In this document: in pieces, positions 37,297-46,523 of the stretch
Layout: the number at the start of each line of letters is the position of its first letter
Position numbering within the stretch: the first letter of the stretch is position 1
Origin: Schlesneria sp.
Lineage (GTDB): Bacteria; Planctomycetota; Planctomycetia; Planctomycetales; Planctomycetaceae
Length of the DNA stretch: 64,000 nt
Assembly (NCBI GenBank): GCA_043721755.1
Contig: JAYSQC010000294.1
Location: forward strand, 20,839-84,838
Reading direction: 5' to 3'
Program-made: the position numbers and the translations under genes
Notes under the pieces: model-generated
The model's database searches: none
Seen by the model: only the letters and a program-made list of their open reading frames with translations
What the model was told of the DNA's origin: nothing

Positions 37297-39432
37297 ATGA
37301 TCAGTCGCCCGAAGACTGTTGTTTTATCGGCTGAGTCCCGTGAGCCGGATGGACCCTGTTGTGGTGCGCTGATACATCACGCGCCATCGAAATCGTGCCT
37401 CATTCGCTGCGGTTCAGCAGCCGTTGTTTCATTCCGCTTCCACTCCCATTTCGTTCCAAGATCAGCGACCGACATCGTGCGTGCCGCCGCAAACAGAGTG
37501 CGCTGGGCGAGGGGTCACATCGACTTCTGGGGAGTGGTCCGCGCGGTATGCTTGGGCGCTTGCCTATCGTTGGCCTGTGGGCTGTTTTGCGGGTGTGCCG
37601 CCTGGAAATCGCGTGAGCCTCGGACAGAGAATCCCGTCGCAAACCATTACCTGCGCATCGCCGAGCAGATCGAATATCCCGATGCGGAATCGGGACGTGT
37701 GACGGCTCAACCCAGCCTCGGTCAAACACGACCGCTCGTGGAACCGAGGCCCGAGGAACGGTGGCCCATTTCGCTGATGGAAGTGATTCAACTCGGACTC
37801 CAGAACAGCGATCTCATCCGACAGAACGCGCAGTTCCTCTCGCCGGGGAATCCGTTGCTGGCCAATGCCGACGCCGTCCCCTCGATCTACGACATCGAGA
37901 TTCAGAACAATGGCGTGCTGTTCGGTACGCGCGGGATTCACGCGGCGCTGTCCGATTTCGATCCGCGCCTCATCACCAACATGAAGTGGGGACGGGATGA
38001 AAACGCGCAAAACAACGGGTTGCTTTCGGGAGGCATTCCGGCCGGTGGCATCCTGAATGAAGACAACGCCCTGTTTCAGTCGCGGCTCGAACAGCAACTA
38101 CTCACCGGCGGAACGTTCGCGGTCAGTCACGACTGGAACTATGCGCTCAACAATCAGCCGAACCGTTTGTTTCCGTCAGCCTACACCGGAACACTGGGCG
38201 CTGAATTGCGCCAACCTCTCTGGTCCGGGGCCGGTCAGGAATTCAACGCGATCGCCGGTCCGTCTTCGCAACGGGCGCGCGGCTTCAGTTACGTAAATCA
38301 AGGGATCGTCATCGCGCAGATCAACGGTCGCCTGTCACAGATCGACTTTGAAGAGAATCTCCAAAACTTCGTGCGTGAAATCGGCGACCTGTATTGGGAT
38401 CTCCATCAGGCATGGCAGGAGTACATCGCCGAGTCAGCCACTGCCGAAGCCTCTCAGAAACTGTGGGATGAGGTGCAAGCCAAGTTTCATGCCGAACTGA
38501 TCGGTGGGGCTGAAGAAGCCCAGGCGGAGGACACTTTTCATGAAGCGGTCGCACGCAGAGACTTGGCGCTCGCGACGTTCTTTCAGACCGAATCCAGACT
38601 GCGGCGACTCCTTGGCCTGCCCATCGATGACGACAAACTCCTCTTTCCGAGCGATGTCCCGATCAAACAGGAAGTGACTCAAGATCGGGCAACATGCCTC
38701 TTCGAGGCTTATCTCAACCGACTCGAACTGCGCCGACAGAAGACAAACATTCAGAGCCTCGAACTGCAACTGGCCGCCGCCCGCAACTTGGCCCACCCGC
38801 GACTCGATGTCGTGGCTGGATACCGGCTGAATGGATTCGGTGATGAACTGATCGGGGATCACACCGCTGATGGCGTGTCGAAACAAGGGTTTCAGAGTGC
38901 GTACGGAGCACTGATGCGAGCCAATCAAACGAGTTGGGATTTGGGGGTGGAATACTCGATCCCGCTCTGGATGCGCTCCGAACGGGCACAGGTCCGGCAA
39001 CTGGAACTGCGACTCCTCAAAGCACGCACCGTACTGGCGGCACAAGAAGACGAAATCGCCCACGAATTGCACGCGGTCTTTCAGACGATGCAACGCTGGC
39101 TGCGATCCGCGCAAACCAACAAACGCCGCTACCTCGCCGCCAACCGCCGCGTCGAAGCCGCCTCGTCCGAATACCACGACGCCGGACGAACGGGCATCGA
39201 CCCGCTGCTGCGCGCCGAAATCAGCCTGACTCAAGCCCAAGTCGCCTACCACCGCAGCGTCGCCGAATACAACAAGTCCCTCCGCGAACTCCTCTACCGC
39301 ACCGGCCGCCTCCTCCACGAAGAAGGCATCACCCTCCTCGACCCCACCGGCCAGCCAACCCCAGCACAACAGCCGCCTGAATTCCCCTCAACCGCCCCCA
39401 TGCTCCGCAACGAATCCACCCGCGACGAATAG
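37297..39432 (+). CDS. TolC-like outer membrane efflux protein
   Basis: It is divergent from the adaptor operon. There is a Cys-rich lipobox-like leader (LACGLFCGCAAW). Two OEP-type repeats are present (ISLMEVIQLGLQNSDLIRQ..., CLFEAYLNRLELRRQKTNIQSLELQLAAARN...). The start codon is uncertain. Confidence 0.7.
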   Translation: MISRPKTVVLSAESREPDGPCCGALIHHAPSKSCLIRCGSAAVVSFRFHSHFVPRSATDIVRAAANRVRWARGHIDFWGVVRAVCLGACLSLACGLFCGCAAWKSREPRTENPVANHYLRIAEQIEYPDAESGRVTAQPSLGQTRPLVEPRPEERWPISLMEVIQLGLQNSDLIRQNAQFLSPGNPLLANADAVPSIYDIEIQNNGVLFGTRGIHAALSDFDPRLITNMKWGRDENAQNNGLLSGGIPAGGILNEDNALFQSRLEQQLLTGGTFAVSHDWNYALNNQPNRLFPSAYTGTLGAELRQPLWSGAGQEFNAIAGPSSQRARGFSYVNQGIVIAQINGRLSQIDFEENLQNFVREIGDLYWDLHQAWQEYIAESATAEASQKLWDEVQAKFHAELIGGAEEAQAEDTFHEAVARRDLALATFFQTESRLRRLLGLPIDDDKLLFPSDVPIKQEVTQDRATCLFEAYLNRLELRRQKTNIQSLELQLAAARNLAHPRLDVVAGYRLNGFGDELIGDHTADGVSKQGFQSAYGALMRANQTSWDLGVEYSIPLWMRSERAQVRQLELRLLKARTVLAAQEDEIAHELHAVFQTMQRWLRSAQTNKRRYLAANRRVEAASSEYHDAGRTGIDPLLRAEISLTQAQVAYHRSVAEYNKSLRELLYRTGRLLHEEGITLLDPTGQPTPAQQPPEFPSTAPMLRNESTRDE

Positions 39433-40282
39433 AATCTCCAATGACCGCTCTTTTCACCGGGAAAGTTCCGTCGTAAGACCGCGCTCCCGTCTCCAACCTG
39501 GACCAACAAAATTTTGATTGGTGTCCTGTCGTCCCAGCTTGACGAGAAGAGCAGCCCTTCGACGAGTACGTCGAAAGGCATACTTATTTGTTAGGCAAGG
39601 GAGGCACCGTGAGTGCGTAGTTCAATCAGCCGGATTCGTTGTTTGTTGGAGTAGTTTGCTGTAGTCCACATACCAGCCAGCGTTTGAAAACGTTCAAAGA
39701 CTTTTGAAGCCAACTCCGCTCGTTCAACAGTTTCCTCGTCCACCTGTTCCGCCATCCATTCTCCCGTCAAATTCCAGAGCTTGACCTCGCATCCACGCTT
39801 CAATTCGTCCGAGCGATCAATCAATTCAAGAGCATCGAGTGCCGCTAGCCGTGGTACAGAATCCGGTACGGAATCCGTGGTAAAGCGGCCTAAAGCTGCG
39901 TAAAATCAGGAAAGTACCCCCACCGAATCGGGTGCCGGAATGCTCATTTTCAAGCAGAAAAACAAGGTTTTTTCAACGTTTTCTCGCAATGCCTGATGCG
40001 GCCTCCGAAGCCGAAGGTTGGGCAACGCCTGATTCAGGCCCCGTTGACGATCTCTTCGATCACTCTCAGCGTATCGAGAATTGATGACAATTCCGGAGCC
40101 TGACCGAAAATCATTTCATTTTGCATGAAGGCGTAATCCCGCTCCAACTCTGGCAAGCGTGAGAGGGGCGGGACCAGCCGGAGGGTTCCGGGGATCGCTT
40201 GGTCGTATCGTGCCCATGCCGCCGCGAAAAAGACGCTCTTGTGCCGAACGACACTCCGCAGTAGTTCCAGACCGGCGAGACC

Positions 40283-40882
40283 TCATGAGCCTTCGTGGGT
40301 ACGTTTGCCCTGATGAGTTGCCCAACGCGAGATCAGTTCGCCTCGCGTTGACACTGACAGCGTCTTGTAGATCGCCTTCGCATGGTCATGCACGGTAGCG
40401 ATGGTGATGCCCAGACGCGCTGCGACTTCCTTTTCAATGAGCCCTTGCACAAATAGGTCGAACACTCTGCGCTGGCCAGGTGTAAGGGGCGGAGCCTTCG
40501 ATTCAATGTCGCCACTTGCTGCGACTGGAAAGCTGGCCGAGCGAGTTGAGTCATCGGTACTCACGGTCTCTCTGACGGCTTCCACAATACCGGTGCAGAC
40601 CTTGAGCAGATACGGTCTGATGAGCACTTCAGTTCCACCACCGAATGCCTCGTCGCAATGAAGCAGACGCCCATTGAGGCGCGTACCGTTCCGACTCCCA
40701 AGGTCGCGAATTCGACAGCCATTCTCTGTCTTCAACAGGAGTGCGTGCTTCCGTGACACAAGGAGATCCGGGAGCCTGATCCCGCAGTCGTCATCACGGC
40801 CGATGACCGTCTCCGCAGCATCCAATTCCTGAATGCGATCGAACATCGATTCGTGACGAATCACGACATACAACTGGCCCAT
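40283..40882 (-). CDS. FHA-domain / LuxR-type HTH transcription regulator
   Basis: The FHA part is ETVIGRDDDCGIRLPDLLVSRKHALLL...IRDLGSRNGTRLNG. The LuxR HTH part is LTPGQRRVFDLFVQGLIEKEVAARLGITIATVHDHAKAIYKTLSVSTRGEL. Confidence 0.8.
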   Translation of the reverse strand: MGQLYVVIRHESMFDRIQELDAAETVIGRDDDCGIRLPDLLVSRKHALLLKTENGCRIRDLGSRNGTRLNGRLLHCDEAFGGGTEVLIRPYLLKVCTGIVEAVRETVSTDDSTRSASFPVAASGDIESKAPPLTPGQRRVFDLFVQGLIEKEVAARLGITIATVHDHAKAIYKTLSVSTRGELISRWATHQGKRTHEGS

Positions 40883-41655
40883 GCTGCATGCGGCTTTCTT
40901 GTCAAGGCTGCGGACACCCCCTGAACAGGGGAGTGGCGGAACGTTGCAATGCGAGACACAAATTGGAAGATAGTTCCACAGTTTGAGAAGTTCAATTGCT
41001 CGTCACGTTATCAAGTCAACTTACCTCCCAAACCTATGGAAACAGCTTATCCGCCAGCACTTCAGACGGTGAGCGAAAAGGAGATCGTTTCTCTACTTGG
41101 GAAGCCGCGCAATCGCAGCGCAATACGCTGGAGAAGTTCGCCCGGCTGAGTTTCGCATGATGGCTTGAGATAGGTTTTTCTTGCGTGAAAGAGTTGCCTC
41201 CGGGAGATTTCAACGATGGCGTCTCAACGTCCTAGGCTAGTCATTCTCCGCACAGCCCTACAGCGACCATCCTGATTTGATCGATCCATCGCAATCAAAC
41301 GGCATTCCCACGACATGGGACGATCCCCGGTACGATTACCTCGGCGACACCTATTCGAGCCATGTCAATCAGGTCTTTTTGGCGAGTACATGGCTGGGTG
41401 GGCGACCGCATCGACGACTGGCGCTACGCCAATGGAACGGCTCCCGACGTATTTCAAGGAACTTGGGAAAGGCGTAGTCCCGCCCGCGCCGACCAATATC
41501 GCGCCAGCGGGAATCGCTGCCGCTCATGACCATGATGATCACGACCACGATCACAATTTGGCGAACATGGAAGCTGCCGTCCGAATTCTGGGCAAGTGCC
41601 CCGGACGGTATTCGTTTTGGATGGTTGATTGAAACTTCCTTGAAGGAAAAAGCAA

Positions 41656-43347
41656 ATGGCCAAGAAAGCGGCGAAAATGGCGAAACGGGACGACAACGGC
41701 ATGGCGGCCTTCTGCATGCACAGCAATGACTCTCATTCAAAGCGGGCAATGTCAGCATTGACTAAGGAAAGGAGCGCAAGCCCGAGATTTTCCTTTGGTG
41801 CCGGTGTCACCGCTGTCTCACTCGATCCCGAAACGATTGCGTCTGCATATTTGCAACAAGCGCTGGGAAGTGAGGCAGTGCCGTCATTCGTAGCCCCCGT
41901 CGTGGAAAAGGTAGAAAGCGAGTTCAAGAGCATCGGCGCTGAGGCGATTCCACTGACGGGTACCACGGCGGTCAAGTTCCGCCAATTTCTGAACAAAATT
42001 CCAGTATATGGCTCGATAGTGACCGTCGAACTTGATGAGAATCACGAGTTGTTGGGAATCAACTCCTCGATTGGGTCGCCAGACCATGTCAACGCCATCG
42101 CCAAGATTTCTGCCAACGATGCCATCAAGAACGCCTTCGCCCACAAATCTGATGTCAAACCGGATTTCACCAGCGTTGTTCCGCGATTGAATTACTTTTA
42201 CGACGTTGCCAAATCGAAATGGCACCTTGCTTTCATCCTGGAAGACGTTCCTGTCCGTCGAGACAAAGCCAAAGGAACGATCCCTGTTTCTATGGACTAT
42301 GTCGTTGACGCGCAAACGGGAAAAGTGATCGCCACTCTGAACCGGACACCAACCGTTGCTGCGAGTGCTTCCGGCGACGACTGCTTCGGAGTCAATCGAA
42401 CCTTCCAAGTGGACAAGAACGGCAGCGTTTTGACGCTATTTGACCCTGGACTTAATGTGCAGACCTTCGATTTCAAGAATAAGGATCCAGAAATTCGATT
42501 CGGTCAATTGCCCGGTTCTCCCATTACAAATCCTCCGCAATTCACGGAATCGGCCGTCAGTACTCACGCTAATTCATCAGAAGTCTCACGTTTCATGCGT
42601 ACCACTCTCATGCGCAACAACATTGACAGTGTCGGTGGGCGCATGGCCTCGACGATCAACTGCATTGTTGTCAGCGAAAGCGTTGGGGGACTCGGAAAGG
42701 AATGGATCAACGCCTATTGGGACGGAACCCAAATGGTATACGGACTTCGATTGAACGGGACAAAGGTGATTTCGATGTCGGCTGCCCTAGACGTCGTGGC
42801 TCATGAACAGATGCACGGAGTGACGGACAAGACCTCGCGGTTGGAATACCGGATTCAATCCGGGGCGCTGAATGAGTCGTACTCCGATATTTTCGGCGTG
42901 ATAATCAACAATTTTGTGAAACCGGACCAAAGTACATGGAATTGGGAGATCGGTTCGGGATTGCTTCCAAGCGGGAGGCCGTTCCGCAACTTTGCAAATC
43001 CACCCGCCGAAGGTCAGCCGGATCACATGCGGGATTTCGTCGTCCTACCAGACACTCCGCGAGGCGATCACGGAGGGGTGCATACGAACAGTGGAATCCA
43101 CAACAAGGCCGCGCACAGCGTGCTGACCGCAGCAAAGACGGGAGGGTTTCTGTTTTCACCAAAGGAAGTGGCGATCATCTTCTACCTGGCACTCACTCAA
43201 CACCTCTCCCGAACGTCCCAATTTGCGGATAGCCGCCGTTCCGTCATTCAGTCTGCCCGAACGGTCTTTCGCAACCTGTCTCAGGCACAGTTGTCGATGC
43301 GCATCACGGCGATTGAGGACGCATTTACAAATGTAGGCATTGTTTGA
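41656..43347 (+). CDS. M4 (thermolysin-like) zinc metalloprotease with a propeptide-like N-terminus
   Basis: VVAHEQMHGVTD (HExxH) and GALNESYSDIFG (third Zn ligand Glu), plus GGVHTNSGIHNKA, are present. There is no obvious N-terminal signal peptide from the annotated start. Confidence 0.8.
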   Translation: MAKKAAKMAKRDDNGMAAFCMHSNDSHSKRAMSALTKERSASPRFSFGAGVTAVSLDPETIASAYLQQALGSEAVPSFVAPVVEKVESEFKSIGAEAIPLTGTTAVKFRQFLNKIPVYGSIVTVELDENHELLGINSSIGSPDHVNAIAKISANDAIKNAFAHKSDVKPDFTSVVPRLNYFYDVAKSKWHLAFILEDVPVRRDKAKGTIPVSMDYVVDAQTGKVIATLNRTPTVAASASGDDCFGVNRTFQVDKNGSVLTLFDPGLNVQTFDFKNKDPEIRFGQLPGSPITNPPQFTESAVSTHANSSEVSRFMRTTLMRNNIDSVGGRMASTINCIVVSESVGGLGKEWINAYWDGTQMVYGLRLNGTKVISMSAALDVVAHEQMHGVTDKTSRLEYRIQSGALNESYSDIFGVIINNFVKPDQSTWNWEIGSGLLPSGRPFRNFANPPAEGQPDHMRDFVVLPDTPRGDHGGVHTNSGIHNKAAHSVLTAAKTGGFLFSPKEVAIIFYLALTQHLSRTSQFADSRRSVIQSARTVFRNLSQAQLSMRITAIEDAFTNVGIV

Positions 43348-43355
43348 GGCTAATC

Positions 43356-44030
43356 ATGATTCAGTCGAGATATGACAGTCATGGAATCAAGTATCCGATC
43401 TCGCTTTTCCCATGTCCCGTCGATGGAAAGCGGTATCCCGCAGTGATGTTGATTCACGGAAATGCCGGATTGGTTCCGCCATATGGGGATCAGATTCGAG
43501 GCTTCGCCGAGGATCTATCGAAGCTTGGGTACTTCGCCGCCGTTCCCCAGTATTATCAGGATGATGCGGCACATCTGGGCGACACAACTCCTCATGTGCG
43601 GGCGATATCGGATGCGATTGCGGATGTCTCGAAACGCCCCGAAGTCGATCCGGCCAGAATCGGGCTGATTGGATTCTCGCTGGGTGCGACAACTTGCATG
43701 ACGCTGATCAGTTCCCAACCGAAGGGTACGATCTCAGTCTTCGCGGATTTCTTTGGATTTCTGACTCAAGAAATCAAACACGAAGTTGGCCGCTTTCCGC
43801 CCACCATCATTTTTCACAATCAGGATGATATTCCCGTTCCCGTTCAGAACTCGATTGATTTCGACGCATGGCTGACTTCAGCAGCGGTCACGCATCAATT
43901 CGTCAAGCCGTACAAAGAGGACTGGCAGGAAATCGATCATTCTTTCAAACCAGAAGGCGATGCGGACAAGGACTCTCGCAAACGGGCCACGGAATGGTTC
44001 GTCAAGTATCTACAACCAGTCGGAATATAG
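43356..44030 (+). CDS. Dienelactone hydrolase-like alpha/beta hydrolase
   Basis: AVMLIHGNAG and the nucleophile elbow IGLIGFSLGAT are present, with a C-terminal His region (DHSF). ATG is at 43356. Confidence 0.6.
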   Translation: MIQSRYDSHGIKYPISLFPCPVDGKRYPAVMLIHGNAGLVPPYGDQIRGFAEDLSKLGYFAAVPQYYQDDAAHLGDTTPHVRAISDAIADVSKRPEVDPARIGLIGFSLGATTCMTLISSQPKGTISVFADFFGFLTQEIKHEVGRFPPTIIFHNQDDIPVPVQNSIDFDAWLTSAAVTHQFVKPYKEDWQEIDHSFKPEGDADKDSRKRATEWFVKYLQPVGI

Positions 44031-44170
44031 TTACGCATTCGTAAGCTTTCTTTGATTGGAGCAGAGTTACGAGAGGGAGTTCGGCGCCCGTTGCGAAGCC
44101 CTGATGATACGGGTAGACTTATATTAACTTCTCGCCCTTGATGTTTTCATCCTCTTTTGACGAGTCAAAC

Positions 44171-46471
44171 ATGTTTTCGAGATCTCTCTTCGCCGTGGTC
44201 TTGGTGGGAGCGTTTGCAGGTAGCGAAGCGATCGTCGCGGCCGCTGACAATCTTAGCATCGGTGCCTGGAATATCGAATGGCTGGGCAAGCCCGAAAATC
44301 GGACGGGAGACGGGCGCAATGTCGCTCAGAAGCGTGAACACCTCGCCAAATACATCGCGGACAGCGGCGTTGCGGTTCTTTCGCTTGAGGAAATCTGCGA
44401 CGACGACGGCGACGCGGACACGATGCGCAACACAACGCTCAACGAAACGTTCGCCAAGCTCAATGAAGGCGGCGCCGCCGAGTGGGTCTATGAGCTGTTT
44501 CCTAAAAAGGACGCGGACGACTTAGACCAACACGTCGGCCTCGCGTGGAACGCCAAGGTTGTCACCAAAAAGGGCGATGCCTTCAAGCCGCCGGTCGATG
44601 ACTTTCACGCGGACTACAGTCTGCTCGAGCGCGGCGTGCGTGCGGCGAAGTTCAGTGTCGCCGACGGCAAGACCGACTTCGTGCTGCTCCCGCTGCATCT
44701 CAAATCGAATCGCGGCGGGGCGATCCCAACATCGCGGCAGCGAGCCGTCGAAGCTCGGCGGATTATGGACGTGCTCGCGCTGGTTGAAGCGCATTTCGAC
44801 GATCTGGACGTGGTCCTGCTCGGAGATTTCAATGCGTTGTCGGCATCCGAAGCGGCGGTCGCGCGGCTCATCGAGGGTGGATTTCGCGACCTCAACGCTG
44901 ACGATACGGCGACCTATATCTCGGGGGCGCCATTCGATCGTATTTTCGTCAAGTCGGACGAACCGGAATTCACCGCGTCCAATCTGACGGTCTTTCGCGA
45001 CCCGCAGCACACCAACGCGGAGCACAAGAAGCTGCTGTCTGACCATTTCATGGTCGTGTGCGACTTTGCCATCGGAGACGATGACGACACCGACGACATC
45101 GAGCCGCCGTCCCTCTCCCCGCCCACACGCGCTCGGCGGATTCCTGCGGCGGCTGAGTTGGCCGCGACGACTCTCGTGGCGGACGGCGACCAGGCGGCCC
45201 CCGACGACGAATTCCCGAGCCTCGCGACGAAGTATGAAGGCCCCAATCCCGATACAGACTTCCAACTGAGTCAAGACTACCCGCAGACCTATGTTGTCGA
45301 GCGTTTTTCCTGGGAGGATATCGACTTTCGGACGCACCCCAAGGCGTACATGACGACGGTACTCAAATACTGTTTTGAAGGCAACGAAGACCCCAAAGTG
45401 GATTTCGTCGTGCAGAAAAATCCGATCCGCAAGTGGTATCACGCGCCGTGGCTACACGACGACGGCGACGCGAACGGAGCCGGGCGTGAATACCTCCACG
45501 GCATGACCCGCGAACGTCGCTCGCGTCCTTTCGAGTTGCATCCGTTACAGAAGGACTTCGGCCAGAATTGGGCGGTCGGATTTTATAACGACCGCGGCGG
45601 CTACACGCTGGGCAACGTCTGGAAGACGCCCGACGGCAAGCCCAATCCCTATGCGAGCACGTTTCCGGACCACACAGTGTCTTTCAAATTGCTCTACACC
45701 GATGCGCCCGTCGAACAGGTTCCATTCCTCAAGGGTTCCAAGGCCTGGAACGCGCATATCTACGAGAATACCGACTACAAACTCCCCCGCGTCGTCCGTC
45801 CGATGCGTCTGTTGCAGGTCGACGTCGCAGTGAAAGATCCCCGCGCGGGGACGACCGGTTGGATCTTCGGGACCTTCATTTTCGACGGCTCGCGCGAGCA
45901 AAAGAAATTGATCGACAACTTAGTCTGCGTGGGGGCGTCGTGGGACGACGACGAGCACCTGGCGACTCCGCGCGAGGCCGACGCGATGGAGAATCCGTAC
46001 CTCCGCGGCTCGGTGATCAATAACGAATTGCTGGAGCCGGCGAAAGGTGACGCCGCTCGGATGTATCACCTCGGACTCGGCGGACGTATGAACGGGCCCG
46101 TCGATAACAAGATTTCGTCGTGTATCTCTTGCCACGGTCGCGCCGCCCTGGCTGTCCCCGTGACCAAGGATTTGTCGCCGGTAGGGGAAGCGCAAACTCG
46201 CGGGCGCTTAATGCCGTTCTTCAACGCGCTCGCGGCCAAGCCAAGCGATTTCTCGCCGGTGGAATTCGAGCGATTCTTCCGCCAGATTCGCGGCGCCAGC
46301 CATTTGGAAACGGACCTAGGCGTCACTTACGTCACGACCGATTATTCGCAGCAGGTCGCCGTCGGCATCCGCAACTACTGGCAGTCTCGAATCAACGCCG
46401 GGATTACGCGCAGCTTCCGCGCAAGAAATCCCGCCGACAATCTGCTGCGGGGCGGTCGCGGCGAAGAGTAG
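44171..46471 (+). CDS. Secreted EEP-family nuclease/phosphatase fused to a roughly 430-aa C-terminal domain with one CxxCH motif
   Basis: The signal peptide is MFSRSLFAVVLVGAFAGSEA. EEP motifs are IGAWNIEWLG, LLPLHLKS, VVLLGDFNA and SDHFMVVCDF. The C-terminal domain contains SSCISCHGRAA. Confidence 0.7.
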   Translation: MFSRSLFAVVLVGAFAGSEAIVAAADNLSIGAWNIEWLGKPENRTGDGRNVAQKREHLAKYIADSGVAVLSLEEICDDDGDADTMRNTTLNETFAKLNEGGAAEWVYELFPKKDADDLDQHVGLAWNAKVVTKKGDAFKPPVDDFHADYSLLERGVRAAKFSVADGKTDFVLLPLHLKSNRGGAIPTSRQRAVEARRIMDVLALVEAHFDDLDVVLLGDFNALSASEAAVARLIEGGFRDLNADDTATYISGAPFDRIFVKSDEPEFTASNLTVFRDPQHTNAEHKKLLSDHFMVVCDFAIGDDDDTDDIEPPSLSPPTRARRIPAAAELAATTLVADGDQAAPDDEFPSLATKYEGPNPDTDFQLSQDYPQTYVVERFSWEDIDFRTHPKAYMTTVLKYCFEGNEDPKVDFVVQKNPIRKWYHAPWLHDDGDANGAGREYLHGMTRERRSRPFELHPLQKDFGQNWAVGFYNDRGGYTLGNVWKTPDGKPNPYASTFPDHTVSFKLLYTDAPVEQVPFLKGSKAWNAHIYENTDYKLPRVVRPMRLLQVDVAVKDPRAGTTGWIFGTFIFDGSREQKKLIDNLVCVGASWDDDEHLATPREADAMENPYLRGSVINNELLEPAKGDAARMYHLGLGGRMNGPVDNKISSCISCHGRAALAVPVTKDLSPVGEAQTRGRLMPFFNALAAKPSDFSPVEFERFFRQIRGASHLETDLGVTYVTTDYSQQVAVGIRNYWQSRINAGITRSFRARNPADNLLRGGRGEE

Positions 46472-46523
46472 CCGCCGAATATCGTTTTCCACCTTATTTC
46501 ACTTAATAGCCGAAAGTGATTCC

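Noticed and set aside
38434-39369. 311-aa minus-strand ORF
   Set aside because: It is antisense to the TolC-like gene.
39591-39824. 77-aa minus-strand ORF in a low-GC patch
   Set aside because: It has no RBS or motif support and lies in what looks like a recombination scar. It is mentioned only as part of the junction finding.
41277-41632. Two overlapping small ORFs upstream of the M4 protease (one with a DHDDHDHDH run)
   Set aside because: They have alternative-start or weak contexts and no motifs, and they may be fragments of a frameshifted gene. The evidence is insufficient to call either.
44522-45442. 306-aa minus-strand ORF
   Set aside because: It is antisense to the EEP nuclease gene.
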